A DNA stretch of 64,000 nt. It comes from Catajapyx aquilonaris. Taxonomy: Eukaryota. Location of the stretch: contig JYFJ02001014.1 of NCBI GenBank assembly GCA_000934665.2, positions 1 to 64,000 on the forward strand. The letters run 5' to 3'. Under the pieces are notes generated by a model. It saw only the letters and a list, made by a program, of their open reading frames with translations. It ran no database searches and had not been told where the DNA came from. Of the stretch, positions 11,301 through 24,600 are shown piece by piece. Every line of letters begins with the position of its first letter. Within the stretch, counting starts at the first letter, position 1. A program made the translations under genes and the position numbers.

Positions 11301-14300
11301 AGTAAATACCAATCAGCACAGTTACAGTGCTCAGTTTGCTATCATGTGATGAGCATGCAAGCTTACCCCATAGTGTTCCTCCAAAAATTCCTGTTGCTCA
11401 CTGTCTGCAAAACAGTCTTAGACGTTGCATGCAGCACGATCCTTGCTTCCTCCAGAAGTGGCACCTGAAAGCTTCCAGAAGGAGTTGCGAATCCTTCAGT
11501 CTTCTCATCCTCTACTGGTGAAGACAATGCGTCTGAGAAACCCTCATCTGAATCAGGGCTCTCAATCTCTCTGCCGGTGGTTACACCACCACTTAACTCC
11601 ATTCTGTCGCTCACTTGAGCACAAAGACACTCCATTTCCAGCACTCTCCTGGCCTTCACCATCTCCTCCAAACGATCCTCATCGCAATGGACCAGCGCAA
11701 AGTCAAGCAATTCCGCTCTTGCTTGTATGTCTGACAACGAGTGCGATTGTCCCAACCTGGCTGCAACCTTCCATCCAGGTGCATAACCAGATTTTGAGAG
11801 TTGGGCACACAATTTTGCACACTCGCGGTGGTCGCCTGCCTCCAATGCAGCCTCTGCTAGGAGTACCAACACTGCGCCTTCCCTGCTTCGTTCATCATCG
11901 CCGCACACATGAAGGAGGGTAGCCAGGCGAAGGAGTTGACGTGACCTGCGATACGCCTGGTTGCCAGATAGGAGAGCCTGGCGGATTAGTTCCAGACGTT
12001 GGGAGCACAGACGAACTGCAAAAATGTGTTTTCAATATTTAGCTGCCACTTCCAGCTAAAGCTCTCTACAGATCTCAGAGCAACAAAGGATGAAAAAAAA
12101 AGTGCAAGATATGTTTTTTAAACACAGCACTTCTCTTACCTTGAAGGGGTAATATGTGAATGCCAAAATCGTTCAGAACAGGAACAGAATTGATTAGGTC
12201 AAGCTCTTCTTGCACTTCAGCATTGGGACTACCGATCAGCTGTAAGCATGTCCTGCAATAAGATTTTAAAAATCAACCAACGTCATTTCTTTTCAATAAT
12301 TGAGTGAAGTATAAGGCAAGTAATGCTCATATTTTCTCTCTCAAGGAGAATTAGGATAAGCTTCATTATTGTACAAACTTATTGAGAAATATTATGATGT
12401 GTACCTGGCCAATTCCATGCACGGATCATGTGCATTAGCTGCTGAGTCAAAATATTCCCTGGCTGCAGCAAGAACAAGCTCCACACTTCTCTGGTAGGGA
12501 ACACGTTGAAGGTACACATTCCCTTGGTCGCCAGCAGCATTTTGCTTCCTTTCCAGCATCTCGCCTGCCAGCTTCACAGTCTCTTTTCGACTAGATGCCA
12601 GTAAGCTCGACACGTACACCTCGTAACATGTCTGTGGCTCTACTGAACTAAACACTTTCTGTTGCATCTCAAGCACATCGTATAAAACTTGCTTCCATTC
12701 CTGCTCGTTTGGTGATGGCTCACGGCGACCCACGGTGCGAGTCACTTGCGTGAAGAGCGCCTCGATTTCTTCTGGGTCATACTCCGCATCTCTGATGTAA
12801 CTCAACGGCTTTGGGACTCCATTGCGTTCCAGGATGGCGGCTGCTCGTAGGTGCTTTTCAAGTGAATCGACACGGTCATGCAACTCTTGTATTTCTGGAG
12901 TTTGAGGGCTTGATTCGCGTTCTGGGAGGCATTCCAATATGGCAGTCGAGTTTTCAAGTTGGTCAGCATAAGGATATTCATACACACAATCTAATGCCAA
13001 AGAGAGAAGATCGATGGGTGACTCCAAAACAGGTTCTGGATCATCCGGACGTGAGTTTCGGAATGCTGTCAATGGAACTGTTAAATCAGAATGTGACAAC
13101 CAGCAGAGGTAGTCCCGCAGAATCCTGGAGCGACTTCCTGGATCATCTCGCTCACACCGAAACAAATACGGTAAAAGGCGGTTCCGCATGTTGCGCACAA
13201 ATGTGTCTGAAACGGTTCCAGACATCAGAAGTTTTGCAGTCTCAAGTGATGACATCTGCTCCAGTTTTGTCAAAGTCAACTCTTCCACTTGACATTCATA
13301 CACCAGTGTTTCCAAGGTTAAAAGTTCATCCCTCAAATGTTCTAAACCAGCAACATTTTTCTCTAGTCCCAGTTTAACTAATTCAAGAGCGTTTCCAACC
13401 ATGCGACTCTGCAATTCAATTTCATAAGCACGCCTGACGTACCAAGCTGACACGACCTCAGGCGTCAGAGGTGGTGGTTTTTCCAACCCATCTTTCAACT
13501 CTTCCCAGTAAGTCCGTGAACCTTGTTCGCACCAATCTGGTTCCCTAGGCTCTTCTGCTTCCCACACAAACACTTCACCATCTATGCCACACTCAGGCAA
13601 CAGCACACGATATTCAAATGGTGACGTTGTCTCTGGGAAATTACCAAGTATGTCCAACACATGTGGGGCGACCTCATATGCATGATACCTCAGCACAATC
13701 CCAACTGCCCGCCAATCATCAGCGTGTGCAAACTCCATGGCTGTATTCAGGAGTGGTTGTGACCTTAAACGTGCGTATGTGCTTGGATCATAGTGGTCTC
13801 TTGCCACGTGACTGCCTCCAAGAATCACCTCATATGTTGATAAAATGTCGAGATAGGCTAGAAATCGGCGGCGGTGATATACCATCTGGGTCTGTTCTGG
13901 ATTCAGTGTGGACAAGTCTGGAACTGGCCTGTCCTCCGCATCATCATCGGTATCAATTCCCAACAGTTCTGGAATGTCTGTCCGCTGCAAGCCATATTCA
14001 AGGAGAGAACGAGCAGCTTCAATATCGACTGGAACACGCTCCATGCACACTGAGAGCACCCAAGAACGTTTCGTTATCTTGCTCTATAAGGGGGAAAAAA
14101 TCATGATGTTAAATTGGTTAGAAGTATGTCACCAAATTAATCGAGATATGCTTAGACAGCAAGAGAACTACGACCTTGCATTTTTCATTCTCAAATGTCT
14201 GAAACTAACCAGATAATCACAGATGGAAGCATAAGACACAGGTGAGTTCCTCCATTGCCTCTGGTACACCAAATCACAGTCGAGACCATATGCCTTGGCC

Positions 14301-17300
14301 AATGCAAGTGCCTCTCCATATTCTTCCGCATCAATCTTTCTCGCATACAGTTCTTCTGGAGTAGTGCTCTTCAAGCCTAGGAGACGGTAGGTTCTTCGCA
14401 CCAACCTGGGTCTTTTGCGTGGAGGTCTGAACATGTCACTGTCTGTCACCCAGTAGAGAGCAGTCTTTGCAACGGACGCACCTTTCGCTGCCAAGGTGCG
14501 AGTGTCCTCTGTCTCGGAGTCACTGTCAGACTCACTGGACTCGGCATCTGGCAAACCAGCCCGCTTCTTCTTTGTCGTCACGTGGGTTTCACACTCAAGA
14601 GCAAGGAAGCCTTTTTCACATGGAGGAGACACCTGCGGAAGACAATATTTTCACTTCCACCCTACGAACACACAAACCCTTTATAGCCAAGAATCGTACC
14701 TGAGGTGCACCACCAAAGAACTCGGGTGATTCTCCCAATAAGTTCAGCAGTGTTCCAGCACTACACACAGTCACATTTCCAGAAGCCCTTGCTATAACTA
14801 GAGCAGAATCAGACCACCATTCCGCATCAACTGGATTCCTTGCCAACTCCGGCTCCTTCCGTAATCCTGGTGCCATTCTATCTGCATCTGGTTGAGTGTC
14901 AAGATCCCAGTACCTTCGCAACCTCAGTGATGGAACCTCCCACACAGATATGGCTCCCGTGACATGAAGTGATATCAATCTTGTTCCATCTGGAGACAAT
15001 GCCATATGAAATATTGGTTCCTTCTTCTTAGGGGTTGAAAACCAGCGCTGGAACCACCCTGGCTGGTTGTCAACAGGTCCACTATGTCCAGATGTGGGAG
15101 CTTCTTTGAAGTAAGGGTAGTCAGACAGCAATCGCCAGGCGCACAGACCCCAGTCCCAGTCAGAGTCACCGGCTGTGTATAATAGGCGGCGGTAAGGGTC
15201 AGCTGCCATGCATGTGACACCAGATGGATGACGGCTTCGAAGAGAGACTGAATGGCTCAAGTGATGCCCATCAGTTGGAGATACTTGGTAGCACTGCAAC
15301 TTGCCATCATATCGAAGAGTCAGCAGTTCCAAGGGCCTGAAATTTTCAAATATTTAGTTTTCCATATGTATACATGCTGGTGCTTAAGAACATGAGAAAA
15401 AGCTTACTTTACATCTTAAAAACAACCACCTTGCCAAAAAAAAAAAAAAGCCTGATCCTGCTACCGCAACAATGTTAAAAGTGGTTCCCAAGAAATTTGC
15501 ATGGGAGCATCTGTCATTCATACAAGGGCCCTACTAAAATAATTTGCAATTTATTTTTTTGCCAAAAATATAGGGCTCTTATAGGTTACCAGATGGCCAC
15601 ACATTATCGAGAGAATCCTCCTGGAGCCGAATGCACAGGAGTCATGGGCGAGGCAACCTCTCCAGGGCCTACAGGAACCACCTTTTGGTGTTGCGGTTCA
15701 CTCATTCCCAGACAACTGTTTGCAGTCAACAATGTCCTCGAAATGACATAAGGGAAGGGGTTTTTCATGGATCCAGACAGATGAAAGTCACTGGGGGCCA
15801 AACCGGGGGGAGTACGGCAGGTCTGGAAGCACCCAAACCAGGATCCATAAAAAAACCCTTCACCGATGCATTTCGAGGACATTGTTTACTGTTGTTTACT
15901 CTGTCTGCGCCATCGCAGCCCATGGTTCCCACTGTTGTATCCTGCTAGCAGTTGTCTAGGAATGAGTGTGTCATCACCTACAAAACATGGTTCATGGAGG
16001 ACCGGGAGAGGTTGCTCCACCCATGACTCTTGTGCAATGGCTCCGATAATGTGTGCCCATCTGCCAACTTGTGAGAGCCCTGTATTTTTGGCAAAAAAAT
16101 CAGTTGGAAATAATTTTAGTACGGCCCTCATACAATGATTTTTTTAAAAATGCAATAGAAATCCTGTGTCTCAGTCTATCCTCACAATTTATGCTCAATC
16201 CCACCTCCATGTAAGAGATTTCATTATAATTAAACATCCTTGATGACAAATTGCCCTCTCCTATAGATGCCACTGTCATTGAAGCAGTCACGTCGTGAGA
16301 TAAATATTACCTGAAGAAGAGAACTGGCATCTCTCCCGTTATATCACAACATAGTGAGTCATTCCCATTTTCTTGTGGTTAAACCAGAAAAGAACATGAC
16401 TCATTCCAGCTTGTGGACTATTTCCATTACTAAATGGTCCTTGGATGCAAAGCCGAGATTTTAAACATCATTTCTTTACATTTAAAAAATGGCTCTGAAT
16501 ATTAGCAAGTATAAATATGTAATGGTGAGTCGAAAATTTTCTGCCACAATTATTATAAAACTGTCCTCATCTATGCATTTTTAAAATTTAAAATGTTTGA
16601 AAATGGAACTAGCATGGGCTATAATGGTGATGCAATTTTATTTCATCCCTTATTGGTCACTAAACACCTGCAATTGACATACGTGTTACAGAAATTGTTG
16701 CCTAATTTTAGCAATATCACCACTCTAGGATCTGCACAAAGCCTTCTCCTTTCATGTACAGAATGATAGTCACCCCCATCAACCATGCACAGAGGGAGGC
16801 TCTGCAACACCTGTTCAGAGCTTGAAGGTCAAGATGGCAGCACTACAAACATCCAAGTGATCAGATCATGCCATGGACAGGAATGGCCACAAAAATAAAA
16901 CCTTGCCCTATTTTGAGTGTCCAATTTGTCAATATAATTTTAACTAGTACTACACTGTACGCCTGATTATACCGGTGCAGATTATGTGTTTCGAATTATC
17001 CGTGGATTGCCAAAAAATAAAATTAACAGTCCAAAAAAATGTCAATATGTCTCGCAAACAAAGAAATGTGACCGACTTTTTCTAGAAGACAAACTAAAAA
17101 TCTATGATAAGTTTTATTATTTTGATTAAACCTTAGCAGCACACACTATGCACAGTAATTGATTTAAAACCCTTGCACAGCTCGTATTTTGGGTATCTAT
17201 AGGGCCATTTTCTGATTATCCGGCGACACCTGTGCCCAGATAATCGGGAGTACAGTGAATTACTAAATGAGTGTTCGTTTACCTGAGGCTACTTCTAGTG

Positions 17301-18039
17301 AAATGTAAGCAAGACCTTGACAAGCCATTTGTCTTCTCCTGCATTCTATCATTTCTATGGCTAGATAATCTCCACACTGATCAACATTAACTTGCTTACA
17401 TTTCGCTAGCAGCAGCCTCCATGTAAACAGGCTGTGGTTCAGGAAGACACCTTACCACCTAGCATTCTTGTTCCTGGCCTCGACGAAAGCCAGCCCAGCC
17501 AGCGCATCCTGCACACCGACATGCTTCTTCCTGTCTGCGGGTCCAGTCCTGACGGTGAGCACATTACTGGCCAGCAGATCGTATATCCCCACCTCCCCGT
17601 TGCTCCCAGCGCATGCCAGCAAGGACCCGTCCTGCGTCCAGGCCATCCTCCTCCACTGCGGGAAGGGATCCCTGGCCAGCGAGGCCTTCCCAACAATGCT
17701 GGAGTACTCATCCCTGGAGGACCTGATCTCCAGCGCCGCGTCCTGCAGCACAGCCACCACCCTCCCTCCGACCCCAGCCGCAAACCTCCAGGTCAGCCTC
17801 TGTGCGGCCAGCTGCGCCAGTTCCTCCGGCACATCCTGGCCTGCCCCAATCAGCCCTGACCATCTGCTGACCGGTGGAAGTGCAACCGGTGCTGGCTTCC
17901 CAAGGACCTCCTGCTCCTGCTTCCACTCCGAGTAGACCAGCAGCTCGTACAGGATGGTCTCCTCGTCCTCTTCCTCCCTGCTGGGCTCTTCCTCCACCGA
18001 ACGAGACGAAGGACGTCCCGCTCTCTTCCGTGGTGCCAT
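8337..18039 (-). CDS. NBAS: Neuroblastoma-amplified sequence (NBAS/Sec39-like subunit of the NRZ tethering complex)
   Basis: About 10 exons (approx. 18039-17456, 15336-14700, 14633-14210, 14083-12405, 12252-12140, 12017-11368, 11227-10549, 10430-10232, 10175-8893, 8718-8337). NBAS-typical segments: ILYELLV...QWRRMAW, LKSTTPEELYARKIDAEEYGEALALAKAYGLDCDLVYQRQW, GVDVQRFATDDEYKRDTILGLA, VYPSISGTDHTRL. Confidence 0.95.
15523..16130 (-). mobile_element. Internally deleted mariner element in NBAS intron 1
   Basis: ~60-bp imperfect TIRs (CAAGGGCCCTACTAAAATAATTTGCAA.../...TTGGAAATAATTTTAGTACGGCCCTCA) flanked by TA. Internal PGLAPSDFHLSGSMK is a degenerate mariner YSPDLAPSDFHLF motif. Confidence 0.85.
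16953..17257. mobile_element. MITE with short TIRs in NBAS intron 1
   Basis: CACTGTACGCCTGATTAT ... ATAATCGGGAGTACAGTG inverted termini; similar in style to 6976-7245. Confidence 0.65.
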
Positions 18040-18293
18040 GTTCCTCTCTAATAATATGATGGAACATACAAAAAAATTTCCTCCAAATCACTGCTGTATC
18101 GATCACACTATTCTACATCACCGTAAGCTATCGACCACACTATTTCAAATCGACTAATGGCTACCAAACAGCATAGCGGCTATTTCAACAACGGACATTT
18201 TTTTTTCCAACATGGCGGACGTTTGTCCTTCTTAAACGTTCTTAAAATTCAGGTTAAAATTAGTTCCAGCCCGTTAGTTCCAGGTCGGAGGTC
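18040..18293. promoter_or_regulatory. Probable bidirectional promoter between NBAS and the THAP gene
   Basis: ATGs are 254 bp apart. DRE-like TATCGA motifs near 18097 and 18129; YY1-like AACATGGCGG near 18209. Confidence 0.6.
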
Positions 18294-19325
18294 ATGGTGT
18301 ACCACTCTACTTCGCACGTGTACTGTGCGGTCAAAGGATGCGAGTCCAGCGGGAGGCTGGTGGCTGAAGAAGGGGTCCAGCTGTCGTTCTTCAGGTTTCC
18401 TACAAAGGACAGGAGTCGGTTGGTATCTATGGGATTCGACTTAAAACCGAACCGGTTCTGGATCCGGCGCATTAGTTTCATTGTTGTGTAATCATTTTTC
18501 AGGTGCATGGATTGGGTGTTGGCATGCGGGCGTGATGCTGAGTTGCAGGATCTGACCGATAAGAAGCTGCGGGAGAGGCGCATTTGCTCCAGCCACTTCG
18601 CTGCAGAGGACTTTATGAACCCGCAACTGAAGCATAGGCTCATGCCGCAAGCTGTACCGAAGACAGTGTACAACACGCCTCACCAGGAGGATGAAGATAT
18701 GAAGAGTGAAACAGGTGCCGCTGTTGTGAACATTGTGATACAAGAGGCTCGGGATGACATTTGTATGGACATTGCTGAGGTGCAACAGATTGTTGAGGTG
18801 GACCCCACGGGTGTGCAGGTCCCAAAGGTGACAAGGGTGGACCGAGGGACTCAAACTATACCCAAGAAGAAAACCGATGCGCAGAAGATACGTGATTTAC
18901 GCCTTCTCCTGAAGCAAAAGAACAGTCGCATTCGTTACCTAGAGGACAAATGCGAGGTGATCAAGATGCGCAAGACCTCGTTTTGTAACCCTGACAACGC
19001 GATGATTGCAATGAGTGACTACATCACCGGGGATCCATTCCAATTGTTTTGTATGCAAATCCGGCACAGGAAGGCAACTCCATACAGCGAAGCAGAGAAG
19101 AAGATGGCCTTGGATTACTTCCGCCAAGACCCTAGAAGCTACCACTTTTGGCGTTCAAAAGGCTTCCACTTTCCATCCAAAACTGTGATCCGCAGGTGGT
19201 TGAAAGAAAGCGACCCCCTAGCATTGGACAGAGAAGACATCAAGTTAAGCCAAAATGAGCTTGAATGTACGTTGACTCTAGGTGCAATGTATACCTTGCA
19301 AGAGTGTCCTCCTGACGAATCATAA
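18294..19325 (+). CDS. THAP zinc-finger protein with coiled coil and P-element/THAP9-like helical domain, no DDE core
   Basis: Exon 1 18294-18418 (YCAVKGC...SFFRFP) and exon 2 18503-19325 (W...RICSSHF...L.PQAVP) give the C2CH THAP signature. Then DRGTQT, a coiled coil, and YSEAEKKMALDYFRQDPRSYHFWRSKGFHFPSKTVIRRWL. AATAAA at ~19337. Confidence 0.88.
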
Positions 19326-20736
19326 TACATCACGCCAATAAAAAGAGTTTGCAACTGACTTTGTCCTGTCCCTTTATTACTAAAATATACAAGCAATTCC
19401 CCTATCGATGGACCAAATATTTGTAAGCACTTCTTAGAATGTGGCTACTTCCAGTTAATATCACTCATTTTCATAATAATGTAGACATTTTAAAAACGCC
19501 TACTTCTCTACTAAATACAGTAAGTAGCCAACATTTAGAAACTCTGTCGAAAATGACATTTAATGTTTTTTTTTTAATGTAAGGGGAACCCTACTCAGGA
19601 GTAGAGAACTGGACGCGCCCTGAACAGTTCTCGTGACGTATTTCGAGCCCGCGTTCAGAAATCTTATCGTGTGTTTTTTTGGCTATAGGCAAAGGCTATA
19701 GGAATGTAACCTTCTGGCAACTCATGCGATCCTATGACTCCGGCTCAACTTGGAGGCGGACTTCGGTTGGAGCAAAATAAGCCATCGTACAACCCACAAA
19801 AACGTACGCAAAATATTCAATCAGTCCGCGCCATTACACCAAAATATGACTATACATAACAATTATTTAACAGTACAACAACAACAAAAAAAGTTAATAG
19901 CAATTTTTGAAGAAAAAAATATATTGCTTGTTTTTTTTTGTTTTTTTGGCGAGCAGACCGTCTTAATTGAGGTGAGTCAATAAAGGAGTGTGCTGGGGAG
20001 TCATCAGCTGCGATAGTTGGAGTCTATACAAAGTCTGCCATATAGATATACAGACAGCTGGTGCAGAGGCTGGGGATGCTGCGACGAAGAGTCAGACTCG
20101 GGTTTTCCAAGTCGAGCGTGAAAAGGAGAGTGTGTGGGAGGAAGGGAAGGGTAGAGAGGGAGGGGGGCTAAATGAGCTGAGGACAAGGGAGTTAATTAGT
20201 CCATTATTTTCCCCCTCAGCTTGCGACTGCTAATGGGACTTGTCGTCTCGAGTGACAGCGCCAGTCCCCAAAGGTGCGGCTCTTCATTAACGTTATCATT
20301 ATGCATCCCACACACACACTTTCGTCTTTCGTAATTAATGCGGGTGGAGGGCTCGGGGATCCAATATCCGGATATAACTGCTGGGGTCCAACAATTCAAA
20401 TGCAGGTTATTGGAAAAGAATATTGGCAGACGAACAAAAGGTTGTTCCGATTATGCTATTCAAATTTGGGTACTGACGCTCGTATGTATATACGTATAAT
20501 GCCAACAATTGCTTTTAACAAATTTCAGCTATGTATATAACAAGTATCTCGTTCTTTTACGACCTTTGTATTGTTCCTGTACAAGTGGCTCAGTTTTTAT
20601 TAAGTTTGCTTATTTCACCCTTTTGAGATTATTCATGGGCAGTTATAGCCCCTATATCTTGGGCCAGAAGCCAAGTGACTGCCTTGGAGTTCGTTTCTTC
20701 CTTTTGCTGAAGAAGAAGCCTTCGACGCTGACCAGA

Positions 20737-21600
20737 ATGGCTGCCGTGAACACCATGGTGGGTGCAGAAGAGCCACATCCAGATACACTCTGGGTTAACG
20801 TTTCTGTAGGAGGAACCGCAGGAATATTTTTGCTCGACAGTGGTGCTAACAACTGCTTCATAGACGCGGCCTTCATTATTCGAGCTAATATTCAGGACCA
20901 AGTTGAGGAGGTTGGGACCATTATTATGGTGACCATGGGCATAGGACATCACGAGGACCGTGTGTTGGGGAAACTGCGACCAGTAGCAATGGTTTCTGGT
21001 GCCGCACGGTTTTATGTTGACGGTGCTGTCATGAACCTGGATGGGCTCGATGGCATCCTAGGAATGCCTTGGCTGGAGCAGTATAATCCAAATATCATAT
21101 GGGCCTCTGGGAAGATTATTCTGCGTGCCACCGATCCAGAAGTGGAGCTGGACAGTTTCAAGGCAGCCTGGGACACTGTCTGCAGAAGTTCAGCGCAAGT
21201 GTTGGAGCCCACTGCTGCAGTGAATGATCAACTAGAAGTGAGTTGGCCAACGGAGGAAGGATCTGGTACCAGTGGAGTTCCTCAAGCCTCTACTGCTGCT
21301 CCTTATCCCGCAGTGCTTTTCGACACATGGGATAGATCCCAATCAGCTCTGAGGAATGCCCAAAAAAGTCGGGCCAAGCATGGAGTGGTCACCTTAGCGA
21401 AAGGCCAATTTGTTCTAGTGCACGTTTCGGCCTTTCGAGGTGGTTGTCTCGTGGCGAGATCCAAACTATCCAACCGTTTCAAAGGACCATTTCCTATCTT
21501 AGAACAACTTTCGGAGGAGACATACAAGGTCGGATTCCCACGTAATTGGTGGGTAAATCCAGTCGTCCACATATCACGTATGCGACCCGCCTATCCCTAA
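20737..21600 (+). CDS. Ty3/gypsy-derived aspartic protease fused to an integrase C-terminal (Tf2-like SH3) domain; 287-aa intact ORF
   Basis: FLLDSGANNCFI and DGILGMPWLEQYNPNIIW (retropepsin), then GQFVLV...KLSNRFKGPFPILE...YKVGFP...VNPVVHISRMRP (gypsy integrase C-terminus). No RT, RNase H or integrase-core motifs between them. Confidence 0.8.
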   Translation: MAAVNTMVGAEEPHPDTLWVNVSVGGTAGIFLLDSGANNCFIDAAFIIRANIQDQVEEVGTIIMVTMGIGHHEDRVLGKLRPVAMVSGAARFYVDGAVMNLDGLDGILGMPWLEQYNPNIIWASGKIILRATDPEVELDSFKAAWDTVCRSSAQVLEPTAAVNDQLEVSWPTEEGSGTSGVPQASTAAPYPAVLFDTWDRSQSALRNAQKSRAKHGVVTLAKGQFVLVHVSAFRGGCLVARSKLSNRFKGPFPILEQLSEETYKVGFPRNWWVNPVVHISRMRPAYP

Positions 21601-24600
21601 CGTGGCCGTTGGAACATAAAGTTCCTATATTGTAATCAATGAAACGGCAGTGTATGCGTATATGTACTGGTGCTTTGAACAATGCATTAATTGGGTTTAA
21701 AAATTTGTAACTTACCCTTTGATTACTTTGTTTCGCCTCCTATCCCAAATATGGAATCCTGCTGATTCAGTGTTACACTGCAATAATTAAACAAATTGAA
21801 CTACTGATGCCAGTTTTCAAGCTGCACTCTAACTAATTAGTTTGTGTTGATAATGTTGTCATTATTGCATAACCAGAGTTTGATTACTAACACTGTAACT
21901 CATTGGCTGATTCATATCGTCTGAGCGGTAAGCAGGCCTTCATCAACTATATGCAAAAGGTGATACACCTAGGGTGAAACCTTCGTATTTGCAGAGTGTT
22001 ACAGGTCACTCGTTTAAAAGTTGGGCAGGTCGTGTCCGGAATGCCCGGATATTCATCAGGCTGGGTTTGCTATTCTTCTCACGTAGGTCTGGGTCTGCAC
22101 TAATCACCGCACTAAGTGGATTTTGGCCAACCAGGAAAGCCAGCTCTCTGTGTCTCCAGGGCCATTTTTTATTTCCCCCCCCCCCCCCCCCCCCCCCCCN
22201 NNCCCCCCCCCCCCCCCCCACTGTTCCTATCTCTCTCCTTTTTTTTGGAAGTGGGGGTGGGGCTGTCCCGTCCATCTGTGGCCCCAGGGCACGACCCCAG
22301 GAGGAACATAGATGCCAATGAAAGACCACACATTTCACGCTGGGTGAGCACCAGTATACTGTGTACACACCAATATGTTACAACATCGTGCATTCTGGCG
22401 GTTAGTTCGCGATAAACGGACTGAATAACGTCATAGAATATTGTAGCAGAACAAAATGGTCGTTGCCACTTTACACGCAAAGGCATATAGTGTGGAGATA
22501 ATATATTTTAGGATGGAAATTGAAAAATGCGGCGAGTCGCATGGAGCAGTAAAGTGCTGTTTTGGTATAAGCACTCAGTAAAATTAGCTCAGTCAATAAT
22601 GTGGGTAATTGATATTGAAATGTATAAATATTAGAGCCACGTGACTTGATTTGATTCAACTGGCTGATGTTTTAAATCAAAATAATAGTAATACTTGATA
22701 TGTGGAAACTTTAAAATGTTCACTTCGAATGCATTTTACAAAATATGGAAAAACGCGCAGCTCTGAAATAAAACACAGGAATCGACTCCTTCGTTTGTTA
22801 CCAATATTTTTATAAAACATCTTTAAACTGAAATGAGTCAAATCGAGTAATTTTGAGTTTTGAGGACAGATTGAATACTGTATTATCCCTTATGTGATCC
22901 TACTTTTACCAACAGTTATTTAGGAGCCCTAAATTCATACTAGTATCCGAAAAAATTACCTGTCCATGAGAAACAATGTCAACGTGTAATTACATTTAAA
23001 TCTAAATGTGACTTTACTCTTTCTGCAAGCCATTCAGCATGTTTTGTACAGTTTGCCTATTATCCAGCAGGAGCACTCCAACATCAATTTCAAAAACTGG
23101 TCCAAATTCCCCTCAAAAAACGAAACTGCAGTTATAAATCGCGGCCAACCTTTTTGCACCGCAAACGAGCCCTCTCTCGCTTTAAAAGGGACCCAATAAT
23201 ATTTTAATCAGCTCAACGTCTGCTCAACAATTTGGAACATTAACGCCCCTTCAATGTCCAATCCCTCCCCCCTCTCCCAATCCCCCCCTCCACATCCCTC
23301 AACATGATCCCCTTTTCCACCCCCTTNCCTCCCCTGGCACCCCCCACCATCCCATAGCCTTATAGCTTCAAATAAGGGCTCGAAAGCCAGCAGACACGCT
23401 TTTGGTCCCGGCCCAGCAGCACCATGGCGGTAAGTCTCTTCTCTTTGTAATTCAATTTGATTTCGAGCCCCACATAGGCCAAAATTGCTTTACGTTTTGC
23501 GGTTGGATGAGGACACATTAAGAAGTGAAAATATAACAACTGGTCCAGATAATTTAGCAGCCGCACTGCACCAGTGCTGTGACGTCATGCAGGTGAATTA
23601 CCTTACGCATGGAATGCACATTCCGGCTCTCTCACGTGGCCCGGAAACTCCGGATCCTTCTCTTCTTTTTTTTTTGCCTGCCGTCAACCGACACGCAGCA
23701 TCAATACGGGGCGTCGAAAACTGCTGGAGTTTACAGTGTCAACGGACTGCTGTATACCAAAGGTTTGGAGAATGTCAAAGCGTATTTACGAAAGGTTTAG
23801 TATGCCACTCACGGGGGACAACATCATTTATGAATCATGCACTGTTGAACAAGTCGAAATTGTGGAAATATTTACTAAAGTGTAACAGATGATTCGGAGT
23901 CGGTACTGTCACCAAAAAGCACCAAAAGTAACAATAATTAGTGACGTCAGCACGAAAGCTTTAGATGCTTTCTGTTGATGACAGTCAACTTGCCAGTTAA
24001 TGACTAAAAAAATTAACTTCCACCGGCCGTCAGTTGTGCAAATACTCACCTGCCATGCATGCAATATTCTAATTTAATATTGAAGATGTCTGCCTGCCTG
24101 CCTGTAACAAGCACATAGGCCTACAGCTATAACAAAAGCGAAATTAATAATGAGCAAATGTAAGGCGAGCACAGTATTTCCGTCAACCCATGAAACAAGC
24201 TCGTATCCCCGAAAATAACGTGAAGCAAATAATACTGCATTGATTTCTGAATCATAATAAAGTAGAACTAAATTAATGATCTCTTTCATAGTGATCATAA
24301 ATATATTTTTTTATTGTTAGTGAAAGTGTGTTTTGTAACATTTCAGCAACAAATGCCCCCGACAACAGCCTGCAGTTACATTATATCAAAGGCAGATTTC
24401 CATTTAATTTCTTAAAAGTTGAAATTGACAGGCTGTAATGCGGCTTCTATTTTTATCACAACATTACTGTACAGTACAGCTCTAATAGGTCGCCTGCAGC
24501 ACGACACGCCCAACTCCAAAATAAAAAAATCGCATTTAACAAACAGAAAGCAAAACTTTCGGAGGGGGGTAGGCCATGGCAGAACTATAATATGCGGTAC

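Noticed and set aside
9160..14729. Numerous plus-strand ORFs of 60-190 aa opposite NBAS
   Set aside because: Antisense shadows of long NBAS exons with no recognisable motifs.
21974..22486. Poly-Pro/poly-Gly ORFs
   Set aside because: Produced by a poly-C run containing Ns (low-quality sequence); no other coding signal.
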